Positions 32,459 to 34,815 of a DNA stretch of 34,815 nt are shown here, piece after piece. Position 1 is the stretch's first letter, and each line of letters begins with the position of its first letter. A program made the position numbers and the translations under genes. Source of the DNA: Legionellales bacterium UBA4722 (lineage in GTDB: Bacteria > Pseudomonadota > Gammaproteobacteria > DSM-16500); NCBI GenBank assembly GCA_002404295.1, contig DHJK01000169.1, positions 4,882-39,696 on the forward strand. The letters run 5' to 3'. The notes under the pieces were generated by a model that had not been told where the DNA came from, did no database searches, and was given only the letters and a program-made list of their open reading frames with translations.

Positions 32459-33139
32459 TTAACCGAAGTTATAAGCACCATTTAATGTCAACATGTTAGC
32501 GCTTGGAATAGCTTTCAAGCTGTTGTTGATGTTTCCACTGCCTTGAATATGGGAGAATTCCAATCCTGCATTCACGTGAGAGTTCACATCATAGCTTGCG
32601 CCAACGCCGTAAACTGGGCGTAGTTTATGAGTTTTGGTTGTAGATGTAATTCCTCCACCAATAAACTCATCATTGCCGTTGTTTGTGGTGATATCGACAG
32701 AGTTGCCGCTTGCTTTCACTGTGCTATAAACTTCAGAAACACCACCTAATGCGTACAGGTTGAATGTTTGCTGAATAGGAAAATAGGCTTTACCAACCAA
32801 GCTCACTGCTTGCATCGAGTATTTAATTGTGCCCAGGTTTGCGCCTAACACAGTTTGTGTGTTTTTGGTAGGAGCATATGTTGCAAAATTACCTTCAAGA
32901 CCAAAATATTGGTTGAAGTTATAACCGCCAAACAATTTACCGCCTACGCCGCCGCTTGTTGTTTTCATATTTATTGGGAAAACAGGGTCGCTATTATCGC
33001 TCTTAAGCGAAGCATTAATATTGCTTGCACCTAAACCAATACCAGCATACGCACCAGGTGTTGCAGCATTAGCTACTGAAACGATAATGAATGATGAAGC
33101 AATTGCCGCACCGATTTTAGTCATTTTTGTTGTAAACAT
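32459..33139 (-). CDS. OmpA-like transmembrane beta-barrel outer membrane protein
   Basis: Signal peptide (ANA/A), G.Y.G.G.G, GYNFNQYFGLEG, YG.G.SY, C-terminal Y.F. Confidence 0.88.
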   Translation of the reverse strand: MFTTKMTKIGAAIASSFIIVSVANAATPGAYAGIGLGASNINASLKSDNSDPVFPINMKTTSGGVGGKLFGGYNFNQYFGLEGNFATYAPTKNTQTVLGANLGTIKYSMQAVSLVGKAYFPIQQTFNLYALGGVSEVYSTVKASGNSVDITTNNGNDEFIGGGITSTTKTHKLRPVYGVGASYDVNSHVNAGLEFSHIQGSGNINNSLKAIPSANMLTLNGAYNFG

Positions 33140-33262
33140 ATTTCCTCACTTTTGTATTAAAAAAAATAAAAATCGAGAAGATTGTATCATCGAAGAACTG
33201 TAATGTAAATTACTTAGACATGAGTATTCTATATGTGCATTTTGGACTCAGCTTAGTATGAA

Positions 33263-34579
33263 TTAAGAATGTGCAATATAGATAAAATAGCCTATAAAAA
33301 TAAGGGCGAGAACAACGAGCATGGGATTGAGATCTTGTATTTTTTTGCAACAAATTTTAAGAATTACGTAAGAAATAATACCAACACCAAAACCATCTGC
33401 GATGGAAAAAGTGAAGGGGATCATGAGTGCGGTAAGCAAACTGGGGATGCTTTCAGTCAGGTCATTCCAATCTATGCTTGTCACATTTCTCATCATCAAG
33501 CATGCAATAAACAAAAGGGCTGAGGAGGTGGCATAGGTGGGGATTGTTTGTGCGAGAGGTGAAAAGAATATAGCGCAGAGGAAAAGTAGGGCGACGGTGA
33601 CTGCGGTTAAACCGGTGCGGCCACCCGCTTTAATGCCTGCAGAGCTTTCAATATAAGGGCTGGTACTGGATGTGCCTAATAGTGCACCCGTGATGGTTGC
33701 AATACTTTCTGCAGCCAGTGCGCTGGATAAACGTTTTGTTTTTTGCGTATCTTTGGAAAGACCAGAAAACTGTAACAGACCTACGAGTGTGCCCGTGCTG
33801 TCGAATAAAGCGACAATTAGAAAGGTTAAAATAACCGCAATGCCTTGTTGATTCCATAAATGACTGAGATCAAACGCTAAGAATCCTGCATTGTGAGCGG
33901 GTGGGAGTGAAATAATGCCGTGAAATTCACTGATCTTAAACAGAATGCTGAGCAGGGTTGTAGCCAAGATGCTAATTACAATAGAGCCGGGGACCTTATA
34001 ATATTCTAGTATAGTGATAAAACAGAACCCAAATAAAAATAATAAACCTTGCCATGAACCAATGTGACCCAGTGCAACCATCGTTTTAGGATTGGCTACG
34101 ACGATGCCAGCTGTCTTCAACGCAATGAGGGCAATAAATATACCTAATCCTGCGGCTACGGCGATGCATAAGCCTTCTGGCAGTGATTGGAGAATGAGTT
34201 TACGTATATTAGTTACGCTCATGATTAAAAATAACACGCCGGCGATAAAGACTGCGCCTAGTGCGCTTTGCCAAGAGTAGCCTAAGCTTTGGACGATGGT
34301 ATAAGAAAAATAAACATTGAGTGCCATGCCGGGGGCTAAGGTTATGGGGTAGTTTGAAAGTACACCGATGAGTAAGCTGCCGATGGCTGTGACTAAGCAG
34401 GTAGCAATAAAAACAGACTGGGTATCCATGCCTGCGCTGGCTAAGATGGCTGGGGAGGCGAATAAGATGTATGCCATGGTTAAGAATGTAGTAATACCTG
34501 CCAGAACTTCAGTGCGCACGGAGCTGTTATGTTGGGGGATCTTAAAAAAACGGTCTAAATAGGGCAGTAGGTTTTTCAT
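33263..34579 (-). CDS. NCS2/AzgA-like purine permease
   Basis: E..AG.TTFLTMAYI, APGM.LN.YF, FDSTGTL, YIES.AG...GGRTGLTA, PFT.SI..G. Confidence 0.94.
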   Translation of the reverse strand: MKNLLPYLDRFFKIPQHNSSVRTEVLAGITTFLTMAYILFASPAILASAGMDTQSVFIATCLVTAIGSLLIGVLSNYPITLAPGMALNVYFSYTIVQSLGYSWQSALGAVFIAGVLFLIMSVTNIRKLILQSLPEGLCIAVAAGLGIFIALIALKTAGIVVANPKTMVALGHIGSWQGLLFLFGFCFITILEYYKVPGSIVISILATTLLSILFKISEFHGIISLPPAHNAGFLAFDLSHLWNQQGIAVILTFLIVALFDSTGTLVGLLQFSGLSKDTQKTKRLSSALAAESIATITGALLGTSSTSPYIESSAGIKAGGRTGLTAVTVALLFLCAIFFSPLAQTIPTYATSSALLFIACLMMRNVTSIDWNDLTESIPSLLTALMIPFTFSIADGFGVGIISYVILKICCKKIQDLNPMLVVLALIFIGYFIYIAHS

Positions 34580-34658
34580 TGCCTAGTAGTCTCTGAAGGT
34601 TGGTCTTTCAATTAGGCAGTGTACACGTCAGAAAAAATATTGGAAGAATAAATGTAAT

Positions 34659-34815
34659 TATTCAGCGATTTCCACCGGCCCAATCGTGAACGTGCCCGTG
34701 CCCGCGTGCGTGCCCGTCTTTTCTTGCCTATTTCAATTACATGTGCGAGTGATAAGAAAAGACGGGCACGCACGGCGGGCACGATCACGATTGGGCCAGT
34801 GGAAATCGCTGAATA
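34659..34815. repeat. Family A palindromic element, full-length (157 bp)
   Basis: TATTCAGCGATTTCCAC...GTGGAAATCGCTGAATA termini; arms ~34659-34725/34754-34815 built from CGTG/CGTGCC units around an AT-rich loop. Confidence 0.93.

Overview
A 34.8-kb AT-rich gammaproteobacterial chromosomal segment. Gene content and order suggest Legionellales/Coxiellaceae-like (inference). Most genes are housekeeping: mreBCD-rng-yhdP; DUF2066-AI-2E-hda-eno-ftsB-surE-nlpD-rpoS; metG-rnfB; ihfB; apbC-dcd; a PPi-type pfk; a PAS histidine kinase with a FixJ-type regulator and usp; mpl; an NCS2 permease. Accessory islets are interspersed: an orphan plus an atypical-kinase effector-like gene, dctA plus a small secreted Cys protein, an AbiE type IV toxin-antitoxin pair with an operator palindrome, and a beta-barrel OMP. 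The most unusual signals are non-coding. Four unrelated families of ~110-225-bp palindromic intergenic elements occur at ten sites, with no transposase in the window. Family D shows compensatory base changes and two CsrA-type ANGGA hairpin loops. Family C supplies the C-terminus and stop codon of dctA. Next to several palindromes, third-codon positions show a strong strand-symmetric skew: the strand running 3' toward the palindrome is G/T-rich, which may reflect localized mutagenesis. No rRNA, tRNA, CRISPR array, integrase or transposase was seen.
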